64,000 nt of DNA from an uncultured Gemmatimonadota bacterium (GTDB taxonomy: Bacteria; Blakebacterota; Blakebacteria; Blakebacterales; CAYUVJ01), in NCBI GenBank assembly GCA_964519015.1, contig CAZFHZ010000004.1, positions 3,479 to 67,478 of the forward strand, read 5' to 3'. The notes below the pieces were generated by a model. It did no database searches. It was not told the DNA's origin and worked only from the letters and a program-made list of their open reading frames with translations. This document shows, piece by piece, positions 16,416-25,568 of the stretch (positions within the stretch are counted from its first letter, which is position 1; the number at the start of each line of letters is the position of its first letter). The translations under genes and the position numbers were made by a program.

Positions 16416-18182
16416 TCAGGCCGGTTCCCCATCTCCGGGGATCGGGAGGGTGATCCAGAAGATCGATCCGTGGGGCGAGGCGGGCAAATATCCGACCCGT
16501 CCCCCCATCGCCTCGGTCAAGTGCTTCACGATCGAGAGCCCCAGACCGGTCCCCCCCCGCTCGCGTGAGCGTCCCTCGTCCACCCGGTAGAAGCGTTCGA
16601 AAAGGCGTTCCCGGTGCCGGGGCTCGATGCCCGGCCCATCGTCGGCCACCTCGATCCTCAGGATCGAGCCGCTCTCCACCCGGATCTCGATATGGCTCCC
16701 GGGGGGAGCGTACCGGACCGCGTTCTCCAGCAGGTTGAGCAGTACCTGGTCGAGGGCCTGGGCGTCGGCCAGTGCGACCGGCTCCCCTTCCATGATCACC
16801 CGGATCGACTGCTGTCTGGATTCGGCCGCCGGGCCGACCGAACCGGCCGCCCTCCGGACCGCCGTGCCGACGGTGATAGGGGCGGGACGAGGCCGGTACT
16901 CCCCCGCCTCGATCTTGGAGATGTCGAGCAGGTCGGCAACCAGTCCGCTGAGTCGTTCGGCGTTGCGCAGGATGGCGTCGAGGAACCGGCGCGAACGGAC
17001 CGGGTCGTCGCTGGCGTCATCGATCAGTGTCTCGGCATTGGCGCGGATGATGCTGACCGGAGTGCGCAGCTCATGGGAGACGTTGGCTACGAAGTCCCGC
17101 CGTATCCTCTCCAGCCGGCGTAGCTCGGTCACATCGTGCAGCACCAGCACCACGCCACCGGTGATCCGCAGGGGGGTCGCCCGGGCCAGAACCCGGACCG
17201 GCCGGTCCGCCCCCACCTCGAACTCCCCGGAGCCGGGTTCACCGGCCAGCGCCCGGCCGACCAGTTCCTGGACGGCCGGCGCCCGGATCGTCTCCACCAG
17301 GCTCCGTCCGATGGGGACCTCGACCAGGCCGAGGAGCTTGAGTGCTCCGGCGTTGACCAACGTAACGTGCAGTCCGGGGTCGAGGGCCAGCACCGCCTCG
17401 CTCATGCTCTCCAGGACCGCTTCGAACCGGTTGCGCTCCCGGGCCAGTGTCTCCACGGTCTGTTCGAGCCGGTCGGCGATCTCGTTGACCGAACCGGCCA
17501 GACCGCCGATCTCATCGGAGGTGTAGGCGGCGATCCGGCGCCGTGTCCCTCCCCGGACGATCGCCTCTGAGGTCTCAGCCACCCGGCGCAGGGTCCGCGA
17601 CACCAGTTCGGCGGCCATACCGCTGAGCAGGATGGCCAGACCCACTCCGATGAGTCCGGCCAGCAGGAGGAAATCGCGCAGGCGATGACGGAGGAGGAGG
17701 ACCTCGGTCAGGGGGAGAGCCAGGCGGACCGTGCCCGGCCGGTCGGGTCGTTGCAGGGGGACCGCAATGTAGAGCATCCGGGTGCCGATGGTCGCGCTGT
17801 AGCGCCGGGAGACACCGATGCCCGTCTCCTGGGCCTGCCGGATCTCCGGGCGATCGCGGTGGTTCTCGATGGCCCGGACGCCCGCCAGGTCGAGGTCGGA
17901 ATCTCCGATGATCGTGCCGTCGGCCAGGATCAGGGTGACCCGGGCAGCGACCAACTCGGCGAGCGCATCAGCGGTGGAATCGGCCCGGATGACATCGAGC
18001 GGCCCCGGGAGTCTCGACACGATCCCGGCGGCGAGTCGGGCCTGGACCAGCAGCTCGCTCTCCAGACGCTGATCGAGCCAGGAGGTCAACCGCACCTGGA
18101 CGATCCCGCCGCTCACGGCGATCACCAGCAGGATGAGGAGCAGGGAGAGGCTGAAAAGTTTTAAGCGGATCCCGACTCTCAC
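16416..18182 (-). CDS. Sensor histidine kinase (TM-HAMP-PAS-HisKA-HATPase), PhoR-like
   Basis: GTG start at 18182 overlapping RR stop (GTGA); VRVGIRLKLFSLSLLLILLVIAVSG TM; …VANVSHELRTPVSIIRANAE… H-box; …GGTGLGLSIVKHLTEAMGGRV… G2 box. ORF-track start 18329 lies inside the RR gene. Confidence 0.8.
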   Translation of the reverse strand: MRVGIRLKLFSLSLLLILLVIAVSGGIVQVRLTSWLDQRLESELLVQARLAAGIVSRLPGPLDVIRADSTADALAELVAARVTLILADGTIIGDSDLDLAGVRAIENHRDRPEIRQAQETGIGVSRRYSATIGTRMLYIAVPLQRPDRPGTVRLALPLTEVLLLRHRLRDFLLLAGLIGVGLAILLSGMAAELVSRTLRRVAETSEAIVRGGTRRRIAAYTSDEIGGLAGSVNEIADRLEQTVETLARERNRFEAVLESMSEAVLALDPGLHVTLVNAGALKLLGLVEVPIGRSLVETIRAPAVQELVGRALAGEPGSGEFEVGADRPVRVLARATPLRITGGVVLVLHDVTELRRLERIRRDFVANVSHELRTPVSIIRANAETLIDDASDDPVRSRRFLDAILRNAERLSGLVADLLDISKIEAGEYRPRPAPITVGTAVRRAAGSVGPAAESRQQSIRVIMEGEPVALADAQALDQVLLNLLENAVRYAPPGSHIEIRVESGSILRIEVADDGPGIEPRHRERLFERFYRVDEGRSRERGGTGLGLSIVKHLTEAMGGRVGYLPASPHGSIFWITLPIPGDGEPA

Positions 18183-18886
18183 GACCCGGCCATCTCCGGT
18201 CTCGGACGCAAGCGGTAGCCGACGCCCCGGACGGTCTCGATGTACTCCCCGACCGGTCCGAGTTTCTCGCGGAGCCGCTTCACGTGAGTATCCACCGTCC
18301 GGGTGGTCACATCGGCCTGTATCCCCCACACATCATCCAGCAGCATGTCGCGTGTCTGGACCCGGCCCCGCCGGTCATACAGGGTGACCAGCAGCCGGAA
18401 CTCCAGGGCGGTCAGTACGACCTCCCTGTCCTCCACCCAGACCCGGTGCCCCGGTTCGTCGATGCGGAGTCGTCCGAAGACGACGGCCGGCGCCTCCTCC
18501 GATTCCTCCCCCCGCCCCCGGCGCAGCACCGCACGCACGCGCAGCATCAGTTCCCGCATGCTGAAGGGCTTGACCACATAGTCGTCGGCCCCGACCTCGA
18601 AACCGACCACGCGGTCGATCTCCTCCTCCCGGGCGGTCAACATGATGATGAAGACGTTCCGGGTGCGGGGGTCCTCCCGCAGGCGGCGGCAGACCTCGGT
18701 ACCGGAGATGTCGGGCAGCATGATATCGAGCAGGATGAGTTCGGGGACGGGCTCCTGCACGGCGAGTTCCAGCCCCGGGCCGCCTTCGGTCGCGGTCCGG
18801 GTCGTGTAGCCCTCCCGCTGCAGGTTGTATTCCAGGATACCGAGCAGATCCGCTTCGTCCTCGATGATCAGAACAAGACCGGGCAT
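18179..18886 (-). CDS. OmpR/PhoB-family response regulator (PhoB-like)
   Basis: MPGLVLIIEDEADLLGIL…DIMLPDISG…ADDYVVKPFSMRELMLRVRAVLRR…VDTHVKRLREKLGPVGEYIETVRGVGYRL close to PhoB receiver plus winged-helix. Confidence 0.85.
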   Translation of the reverse strand: MPGLVLIIEDEADLLGILEYNLQREGYTTRTATEGGPGLELAVQEPVPELILLDIMLPDISGTEVCRRLREDPRTRNVFIIMLTAREEEIDRVVGFEVGADDYVVKPFSMRELMLRVRAVLRRGRGEESEEAPAVVFGRLRIDEPGHRVWVEDREVVLTALEFRLLVTLYDRRGRVQTRDMLLDDVWGIQADVTTRTVDTHVKRLREKLGPVGEYIETVRGVGYRLRPRPEMAGS

Positions 18887-18910
18887 GATTCTGTGAACCT
18901 GCTATTCAGA

Positions 18911-18950
18911 GGTGACGGTGTGGTGACGTCCGGGCGACGATGTCGTGACG
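18911..18950 (-). promoter_or_regulatory. Four phased 7-bp direct repeats (pho-box-like, 11-bp periodicity) upstream of the PhoB-like operon
   Basis: Minus strand reads CCGTCAC-gaca-TCGTCGC-ccgg-ACGTCAC-caca-CCGTCAC, ending about 25 nt before the RR ATG (18886); plus-strand repeats GTGACGG/GTGACGT/GCGACGA/GTGACGG at 18911, 18922, 18933, 18944. Resembles the E. coli pho box (CTGTCAT 7-mers with 4-bp spacers). Confidence 0.5.
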
Positions 18951-19071
18951 GTGGACACCCTCGGTCGGTGGGAAGATAGTCCTGACCCCTGCCGGTCGTC
19001 ACGGCGCTATGCTCACCCGGCGCGCGTTCTCGTCCCGGCTGGCGGCCAGTCGTTCGAGCCGGTCATCGGGG

Positions 19072-21108
19072 TCACATCCCTTCGAAGAAGCTGCGCATGT
19101 CCTCCACGGCCTCCGGGGCCCCCACCAGGGTGAGCCGGTCCCCCACCTGCAACGGGGTACGACCGTGGGGTACGATCATCCGGCCCTCCCGGACGATCAT
19201 CGCGATCAGGCAGCTCTCGTGCATCTGGAGCTCTCCGATGGTGCGGCCGGCCAGCAGGGTGTCCCGCACATCCACCTCGAGGACCCCGCCGCTGCGCAGG
19301 AAGAGTCCCCGGATCCGCTCATCGGTGTCGAGTTCGCGCCAGCTCCCGCCGAAATCGATCGCCTCCGCCCGGTTGGCCAATTCGGCCAGATAGCGCAGGT
19401 GCCGGCCCGGGTCCTCGCTGGGACCGATCAGGATGAAGAGGGCGTAGATCGGCTCCTGGCTCCCTTCCACCCAGACCCCGGAGACCGAATGGACGATCGT
19501 CAGTTCCGGGCTCTCGACGAAATCCACCCGGGCATGAGGGAGTGCGACGTGACGTCCGATCGGGGTCTCCCCCAGCCGGCTGGAACTGGAGAGGGCGGCC
19601 AGGATGGAGTCGGCGGGCACTTCCAGGCGCTCTGAGAAAGAGGCCGCGGCCCGGGCGAGCAGGTCCCAGTAGCTCTCGCCTTCGCGGTGGCGGAGCACAC
19701 CGGCACGCACCACGCTGTTCTCGAACGCATCGCGCCGGCGGAGACCCTTCTCCCGCAGGATCTGGCGCAGTTCCTGGTCGAGATGGGGGGTGGCGGACCG
19801 TCCCATCCGCTGGAAGAGATGATAAAGGGCACCGGTGCGGGCGACCCGGTCTCGGGCGTAGTAGATGTACCAGAGGAGGGCCAGCGCAACGAGCGCACCG
19901 GAGGAGAGCAGCGGCATCAGGCCGAGCTGCGGGATGAGCACGACCGGTGTCAGGATCCCGACGATCTGCACCCAGGGATAACCCCAAGAACGGAAACCCG
20001 GATCGTAGGAGGGGATCCGGCTCTCCCGCATCACGATCACGGCCAGGCTGACCAGCCCGAAGACCATCAGCTGGAAGGCGCTGGCCAGTTTGGCGATGCC
20101 CACCGGACTGAGGACCAGGATGAAGACCATCATGAGACCGGCCGTGAGCAGGATGGCGTTGGTCGGGGTATGGAACCGGCCCAGCCGGCGGAAGACCTCG
20201 GGGGCCATGTCATCCCGCCCCATCGCGAACGGGTAACGGGAGGCGGCTGCCAGACCGGCGTTGGCGGAGGAGACGAAGGAGAGGACCGCGGCGGTCACGA
20301 AGGCCAGCACACCGATCCGCCCCGTGAAACGCCCGGCCGCATAGGCCACCGGGGTCAGGGTGCCGGAGAGTCCATCCGGCTCGCTCACCCCGATCAGCAC
20401 GAACATCACGAGCACATAGACCAGGGTGGCGATGCCCAGCGCATAGATCATCGCCAGCGGGATGGTGCGTTCGAGCCGATCGATCTCCTCGGAGATGCTG
20501 GCCACCTTGGTCAATCCGGTGAAACCCACGAAGACGATGCCCACCGAGGCCAGGAAGGCGTTGGCGTCAGTCGTCCAGAACGGCACCAGGTGCGAACTCT
20601 CCATATGGAAGAGACCCTCGACGACGAACCAGACCATCACGCCGAGTACGGCCGCGACCATCAGGACCTGGATGCGCGCCATGTGCCGAACCCCGGCGAT
20701 GTTGACCACCACCAGCAGACAGCAGATCGCCAGCGCCACCGGACGGAAAGAGAAGTCGAGGAAGAGCGCGGTGTATGCGCCCAGCCCCACCAGGTCGAAG
20801 GCGCTCTTGAAGGTCATGGCCAGCCAGGTCCCCAGCCCGGCCACCGTGCCGACCATCGGGCCGAGTGCCCGATCGAGGAAGAAATAGGTCCCGCCGGCAC
20901 GTGGCATGGCCGTGGAGAGTTCCGCTTTGCTGAGCAAGGCCGGAATCAACAGCAGGCCGGCCACCAGATAGACCAGAGGCGCCGCGTTCCCGACCTGGCG
21001 GAAGACCAGGGAAGGGAGCAGGAAGATCCCCGAAGCCAGCATCGGTGCGATACTGATCGCGAAGACCGCCGGCAAGCGAAGCTGTCTGCGCAGGCGCTGT
21101 TCGTTCAA
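19072..21108 (-). CDS. APC-family amino-acid permease fused to C-terminal PTS-EIIA(Ntr/fructose type-2)-like and TrkA_C domains
   Basis: 12 predicted TM helices (…SIAPMLASGIFLLPSLVFRQVGNAAPLVYLVAGLLLIPALLSKAELSTAMPRAGGTYFF…); C-terminal …LLARAAASFSERLEVPADSILAALSSSSRLGETPIGRHVALPHARVDFVESPELTIVHS… (EIIA-2-like with His) then …LAGRTIGELQMHESCLIAMIVREGRMIVPHGRTPLQVGDRLTLVG… (TrkA_C/RCK_C). Confidence 0.75.
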   Translation of the reverse strand: MNEQRLRRQLRLPAVFAISIAPMLASGIFLLPSLVFRQVGNAAPLVYLVAGLLLIPALLSKAELSTAMPRAGGTYFFLDRALGPMVGTVAGLGTWLAMTFKSAFDLVGLGAYTALFLDFSFRPVALAICCLLVVVNIAGVRHMARIQVLMVAAVLGVMVWFVVEGLFHMESSHLVPFWTTDANAFLASVGIVFVGFTGLTKVASISEEIDRLERTIPLAMIYALGIATLVYVLVMFVLIGVSEPDGLSGTLTPVAYAAGRFTGRIGVLAFVTAAVLSFVSSANAGLAAASRYPFAMGRDDMAPEVFRRLGRFHTPTNAILLTAGLMMVFILVLSPVGIAKLASAFQLMVFGLVSLAVIVMRESRIPSYDPGFRSWGYPWVQIVGILTPVVLIPQLGLMPLLSSGALVALALLWYIYYARDRVARTGALYHLFQRMGRSATPHLDQELRQILREKGLRRRDAFENSVVRAGVLRHREGESYWDLLARAAASFSERLEVPADSILAALSSSSRLGETPIGRHVALPHARVDFVESPELTIVHSVSGVWVEGSQEPIYALFILIGPSEDPGRHLRYLAELANRAEAIDFGGSWRELDTDERIRGLFLRSGGVLEVDVRDTLLAGRTIGELQMHESCLIAMIVREGRMIVPHGRTPLQVGDRLTLVGAPEAVEDMRSFFEGM

Positions 21109-21349
21109 ACGATCCTCCTTCGGGCCGTGCTCCGGCGCCGGTGCGGACCGATCCCGGCGGCGCGGGGAGAACAGAATATCGGATGGTCCTTCGGGGTGCC
21201 AGTACCGACCATCCAGCCTTCAAGGGCGGCGCGGGCGGACCGCAGAGGCCGCTTGCAGTCCCTCCCCTCCTTCCGGCAAAGTAGGGCGCTGATACGGGAC
21301 TCCGGCTCCCTCGGAGGGTCTGAGGGCAGAAGCGATCCCGATCCCCACC

Positions 21350-22495
21350 GTGGGGAGAGCGGAGGCGGGCATGGCGGTCGAGATCCGTGAAGTGAAGGAC
21401 CGGGCGGAGTTGAAGACGTTCATCTTCCTCCCCCGGGAGATCCACCGCGACCACTCCACCTGGGTGCCCCCCTTCTGGGGAGACGACCGGAACTATTATA
21501 ACGCCCGCAAGAACCGCGCCTTCCTCTACAGCGATGTCATCCTGCTGCTCGCCTGGCGGGAGGGCCGCCCGGTCGGCCGGGTGATGGGGATCGTCAACCG
21601 GCGTTTCAACGAACACCGGCAGGAGAAGACGGCCCGCTTCGGCTACCTCGACACCTTCGAGGACCCCGAGGTCGTCCCCGCCCTGCTGGCGGCGGTCGAG
21701 GAATGGGCCCGAGGGCTCGGGATGCAGCGCATCATCGGCCCCTACGGCTTCTCCGACCAGGACCCGGAGGGATTCCTCATCGAAGGCTTCGACAACCGGG
21801 CCACCATCGCCACCCTCCACAACTTCCGCTGGATGCCGCCGCTGATCGAACAGGCGGGCTACAGCAAGGACAACGACTACTTCGTCTACAAGATCGACAT
21901 CCCGGAAGTGCTGCCGGAGTTCTACACCAGGATCTTCGAACGGATCGTCAAGCGGGGACAGTTCCACCTGCTCGAATTCACCAAGCGGAGCCAGATCAAG
22001 CCGTGGATCGTGCCGGTGCTCTCCCTCATGAACGAGTGCTACATGGCCAGCAACATCTACGGCTACACCCCGCTCGACGAACAGGAGATGCATCACCTCG
22101 CCCAGCGCTATCTGCCCATCCTCGACCCTCGTTTCGTGAAGGTGGTGCTGAAGGACGACCAGGTGGTCTCGTTCGTCATCGGCATCCCCGATATGACCGA
22201 GGGGATCCAGCGGGCCGGCGGCCACCTCTTCCCCTTCGGCTTCATCCAGGTCCTGCAGGCCGCTCGGCGCACGCGACAGCTCGACCTGCTGCTGGGAGCC
22301 ATCAAGGAGGAGCACCGGGGGAAGGGGCTCGACGCGATGATGGGGGTGGCCATGCTCCGCTCCGCCTGGGAGGCGGGTATGGATGTCATCGACACCCACC
22401 ATGAGATGGAGACCAACACCAGCGTACGCGCCGAGATGGAGCGCATGGGCGGGGTCATCTACAAGAAGTACCGGGTCTGGCAGAAGACGCTCTGA
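21350..22495 (+). CDS. GNAT-fold N-acyltransferase-like protein (FemAB/DUF-type), function unknown
   Basis: 380 aa, no signal peptide; …FGYLDTFEDPEVVPALLAAVEEWARGLGMQRIIGPYGF… and C-terminal …LDLLLGAIKEEHRGKGLDAMM… consistent with tandem acyl-CoA N-acyltransferase folds; alternative start at 21371 (MAVEIREV). Confidence 0.45.
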   Translation: MGRAEAGMAVEIREVKDRAELKTFIFLPREIHRDHSTWVPPFWGDDRNYYNARKNRAFLYSDVILLLAWREGRPVGRVMGIVNRRFNEHRQEKTARFGYLDTFEDPEVVPALLAAVEEWARGLGMQRIIGPYGFSDQDPEGFLIEGFDNRATIATLHNFRWMPPLIEQAGYSKDNDYFVYKIDIPEVLPEFYTRIFERIVKRGQFHLLEFTKRSQIKPWIVPVLSLMNECYMASNIYGYTPLDEQEMHHLAQRYLPILDPRFVKVVLKDDQVVSFVIGIPDMTEGIQRAGGHLFPFGFIQVLQAARRTRQLDLLLGAIKEEHRGKGLDAMMGVAMLRSAWEAGMDVIDTHHEMETNTSVRAEMERMGGVIYKKYRVWQKTL

Positions 22496-22527
22496 CCGGG
22501 TCCGGTACCTCACCCGGGAGCGGGAAC

Positions 22528-24828
22528 ATGCATGAGCCAGCCGTAGGATGGCCGGGGTCGGCCGGCCCGGTCCTGTTGTCCCTCCTCCTCGCCGTCATCC
22601 TTCTCCCGACCGGCCCCGTCCGGGCCCAGTGGCGCCCCGCCGAGGGCCCGCTGAAGACCCGCTGGGCGGCCGAGGTCGCCCCCGATCGGGTCCATTCCGA
22701 ATACCCACGCCCGCAGCTGGTCCGCCCCGACTGGCTCAACTTGAACGGGCTCTGGGAGTACGCCATCACGCCGGCGGAGTCCCCCCGCCCGGAGCAGTGG
22801 GAGGGGCGGATCCTGGTCCCCTTCCCGGTGCAGTCCGCCCTCTCCGGGGTGATGCGCCGGCTGGGGCCCGAAGAACGCCTCTGGTATCGGCGCAGCTTCG
22901 AGGTGCCGGCCGGCTGGGCCGGTCGCCGGGTCCGGCTCCACTTCGGAGCGGTGGACTGGGAGGCCCGGGTATGGGTGAACGGCCGCGAGGTGGGCCGCCA
23001 CCGTGGCGGCTACGACGCATTCACCTGCGATCTCACCGCGGCGTTACAGCCAAGCGGGGCGCAGGAACTCGTGGTCACGGTGGCCGATCCCACCGACGCT
23101 GGGACGCAGCCGCGCGGCAAACAGGTCCGGGAGCCCCGCGGCATCTGGTACACCTCCACCTCCGGCATCTGGCAGACCGTCTGGCTCGAACCGGTCCCGG
23201 CCCGTCACATCACGGCCCTCGAGATGGTGCCCCTTCCGGATCGAGGCGTGCTGCGCCTGCGGGTGGAGACGGGCGGCCCGGCCGGGCCCCCGCTCGCGGT
23301 GGTGGCGACCGCGACCGCCCACGGCCAGCCCGTCGCGGCGGCACGCGCTCCGGTGACCGAGGTATTCGGCCTCCCGGTCCCCGAGGCCGTCCTCTGGTCC
23401 CCCGAGCACCCCTTCCTCTATGACCTGCGGGTGCAGTTGATCGAACAGGAGCAGATCATCGACGAGGTGACTTCCTACTTCGGGATGCGCTCGATCCAGA
23501 TCGGTCCCGATCCCGACGGGGTCATCCGGCTCCTGCTCAACGGCGAGCCTCTCTTCCAGATCGGGACCCTCGACCAGGGCTTCTGGCCCGACGGGCTCTA
23601 CACCGCCCCGACCGACGAAGCGCTCCGCTACGACATCGAGACCACCCGGGAGCTGGGCTTCAATACCATCCGTAAGCACGTCAAGATCGAGCCCGATCGC
23701 TGGTACTGGTGGTGCGACACCCTGGGGATGCTGGTCTGGCAGGACATGCCGAGCGGCGACCGCTCCATCGGAGGACGGGATCCCGACCTGGTGCGCTCCC
23801 CGGAGTCGGCTGCCCAGTTCGAGCGGGAGCTGGAGGCCCTGGTCCGGGGCCGCGGCAACCATCCCTCCATCATCATGTGGGTCCCCTTCAACGAGGGTTG
23901 GGGGCAGTACGACACCGGCCGGATCACGGCACTGCTGCACACCCTCGACCCGAGCCGGCCGGTCGATTCGGCCAGCGGCTGGACCGACCGTGGAACGGGG
24001 GCGGTCTCCGACATCCACCGCTATCCCGGTCCGGGGGCGCCGCGTCCGGAGGAGCGGCGGGCCCTGGTGCTGGGGGAGTTCGGCGGACTGGGGCTCCCCC
24101 TGCCCGGGCACCTCTGGCAGGAGGATCGCAACTGGGGTTACCGGACCTTCCCGGATCGCCCCGCTTTGACCGCCGGCTACGAGGCGCTGCTGGAACGCCT
24201 CCACCTGCTGCTGGGCACCGCCGGACTGTCGGCCGCGATCTACACCCAGACCACCGATGTGGAGATCGAGGTCAACGGACTGATGACCTACGACCGGGGG
24301 CTGATCAAGCTGGATCCCGACCGGGTGGCGGCGGCCAACCGGCGCCTGCACACCCCTCCCCCCCGGCTGCGGGCGGTGGTCCCCGACGCCCGGAGTGGGG
24401 AGGTGATCTGGCACTGGACGACGAGTGAGCCGGCGTCCGGCTGGGAGCAGCCCGGCTTCGACGACCGCGGCTGGGCGCAAGGGAAGGCCGGGTTCGGGCG
24501 GTCCGACACGCCGGGGGCGGTGGTCGGAACGGCCTGGGAGAGCAGTGACATATGGATCCGGAGGAGCTTCGAACTGTCCGATCCCGTGCCGGCCGACCTG
24601 AGGCTGGTGGTCCATCACGACGAGGACGCCGAAGTCTTCCTGAACGGCGTGCCCGCCGCCCGGCTGAGCGGCTACGTCACGGATTATCAGATGGAGGAAC
24701 TCTCAGCCGGTGCGCAAGCCACCCTCCACACCGGCCCCAACACGCTGGCCGTCCACTGCCGCCAGACCGGCGGCGGCCAGTTCATCGACGCCGGTCTGGT
24801 CCGGGTGCTCCCGCCGCCGCAGCCCTGA
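22528..24828 (+). CDS. Glycoside hydrolase family 2 (beta-mannosidase/beta-galactosidase-like), secreted, with extra C-terminal GH2_N-like beta-sandwich
   Basis: Signal peptide; LWYRRSFEVPAGWAGRRVRLHFGAVDWEARVWVNGREVGRHRGGYDAF (GH2 sugar-binding domain), …WCDTLGMLVWQDMPSG…MWVPFNEGWGQ (TIM barrel acid/base region); C-terminal repeat DIWIRRSFELSDPVPADLRLVVHHDEDAEVFLNG. Confidence 0.8.
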   Translation: MHEPAVGWPGSAGPVLLSLLLAVILLPTGPVRAQWRPAEGPLKTRWAAEVAPDRVHSEYPRPQLVRPDWLNLNGLWEYAITPAESPRPEQWEGRILVPFPVQSALSGVMRRLGPEERLWYRRSFEVPAGWAGRRVRLHFGAVDWEARVWVNGREVGRHRGGYDAFTCDLTAALQPSGAQELVVTVADPTDAGTQPRGKQVREPRGIWYTSTSGIWQTVWLEPVPARHITALEMVPLPDRGVLRLRVETGGPAGPPLAVVATATAHGQPVAAARAPVTEVFGLPVPEAVLWSPEHPFLYDLRVQLIEQEQIIDEVTSYFGMRSIQIGPDPDGVIRLLLNGEPLFQIGTLDQGFWPDGLYTAPTDEALRYDIETTRELGFNTIRKHVKIEPDRWYWWCDTLGMLVWQDMPSGDRSIGGRDPDLVRSPESAAQFERELEALVRGRGNHPSIIMWVPFNEGWGQYDTGRITALLHTLDPSRPVDSASGWTDRGTGAVSDIHRYPGPGAPRPEERRALVLGEFGGLGLPLPGHLWQEDRNWGYRTFPDRPALTAGYEALLERLHLLLGTAGLSAAIYTQTTDVEIEVNGLMTYDRGLIKLDPDRVAAANRRLHTPPPRLRAVVPDARSGEVIWHWTTSEPASGWEQPGFDDRGWAQGKAGFGRSDTPGAVVGTAWESSDIWIRRSFELSDPVPADLRLVVHHDEDAEVFLNGVPAARLSGYVTDYQMEELSAGAQATLHTGPNTLAVHCRQTGGGQFIDAGLVRVLPPPQP

Positions 24829-25251
24829 TCAGTGTAGGTCGAGGTGCCGGTGGCCATGGCCATGACCATGGTCGTGGTCGTGACCGTGCTGGTGACCATG
24901 ACCGGCGCAGGCCTCGTCGATCGTCACCGCCCGCAACGCTCCCCGTCCCAGCGCGTCGACTGTCGCCGCCACGGTAGGCTGGTCGGCCAGGTAGACGGTG
25001 ATGCCCGAAGCCTGCAGGCGCGCCAGCGCCCGCTGGCCGATCCCCCCGACGGCGATGGCATCGACCGCTTCACCGGCCAGAGCGTTCAGCGGCTGGCACA
25101 TCCCATGGGCGTGATGGTCGTTCCGGTTCATCATGGCGCGGTACTCGCCGCTCTCGGAATCCACGATCAGGAAGACCGGCGCGGATCCGAAGTGTGCGTA
25201 TACGGGACTGTCGAGTCCCCGGTCCTCGGCACAGGGAATACAGATCTTCAT
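24829..25251 (-). CDS. NifB/NifX/MTH1175-like (dinitrogenase FeMo-cofactor-binding domain) protein with His-rich C-terminal tail
   Basis: Internal ATG 25251: MKICIPCAEDRGLDSPVYAHFGSAPVFLIVDSESGEY…AIAVGGIGQRALARLQASGITVYLA… plus tail CAGHGHQHGHDHDHGHGHGHRHLDLH. Track ORF N-terminal extension trimmed. Confidence 0.7.
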   Translation of the reverse strand: MKICIPCAEDRGLDSPVYAHFGSAPVFLIVDSESGEYRAMMNRNDHHAHGMCQPLNALAGEAVDAIAVGGIGQRALARLQASGITVYLADQPTVAATVDALGRGALRAVTIDEACAGHGHQHGHDHDHGHGHGHRHLDLH

Positions 25252-25562
25252 GCTACCTGCTCCTTTTCGGATGATGTGCGTACGCTGCCCCCTTCGACCC
25301 GGAGCACCCGTCCCCCCACCAGGGTCAGGGCCACCTTGCGGCGGGCACTCTTGACGATCCGGCCGAAGGTGGCCCGGGATATCCCCATGCGGTCGGCCGC
25401 CGCTTCCTGGTAGAGCCCTTCCAGATCGGCCAGCCGCAGCGACTCGAACTCGTCGAGCGTCAGTACGACCTCCTCGAGCAGACGGGTGGGGATCCCGGCC
25501 GGTTTGAAGAACACGGCCCCCGGTCTCCCCCTGATCCGTCGCGGGCATTGCGGTCGCGGCAT
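25248..25562 (-). CDS. DUF134/UPF0251 family putative DNA-binding protein
   Basis: …DEFESLRLADLEGLYQEAAADRMGISRATFGRIVKSARRKVA… (sigma-70 r4-like HTH typical of DUF134); stop overlaps NifX-like start (ATGA). Confidence 0.65.
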   Translation of the reverse strand: MPRPQCPRRIRGRPGAVFFKPAGIPTRLLEEVVLTLDEFESLRLADLEGLYQEAAADRMGISRATFGRIVKSARRKVALTLVGGRVLRVEGGSVRTSSEKEQVA

Positions 25563-25568
25563 GGGACC

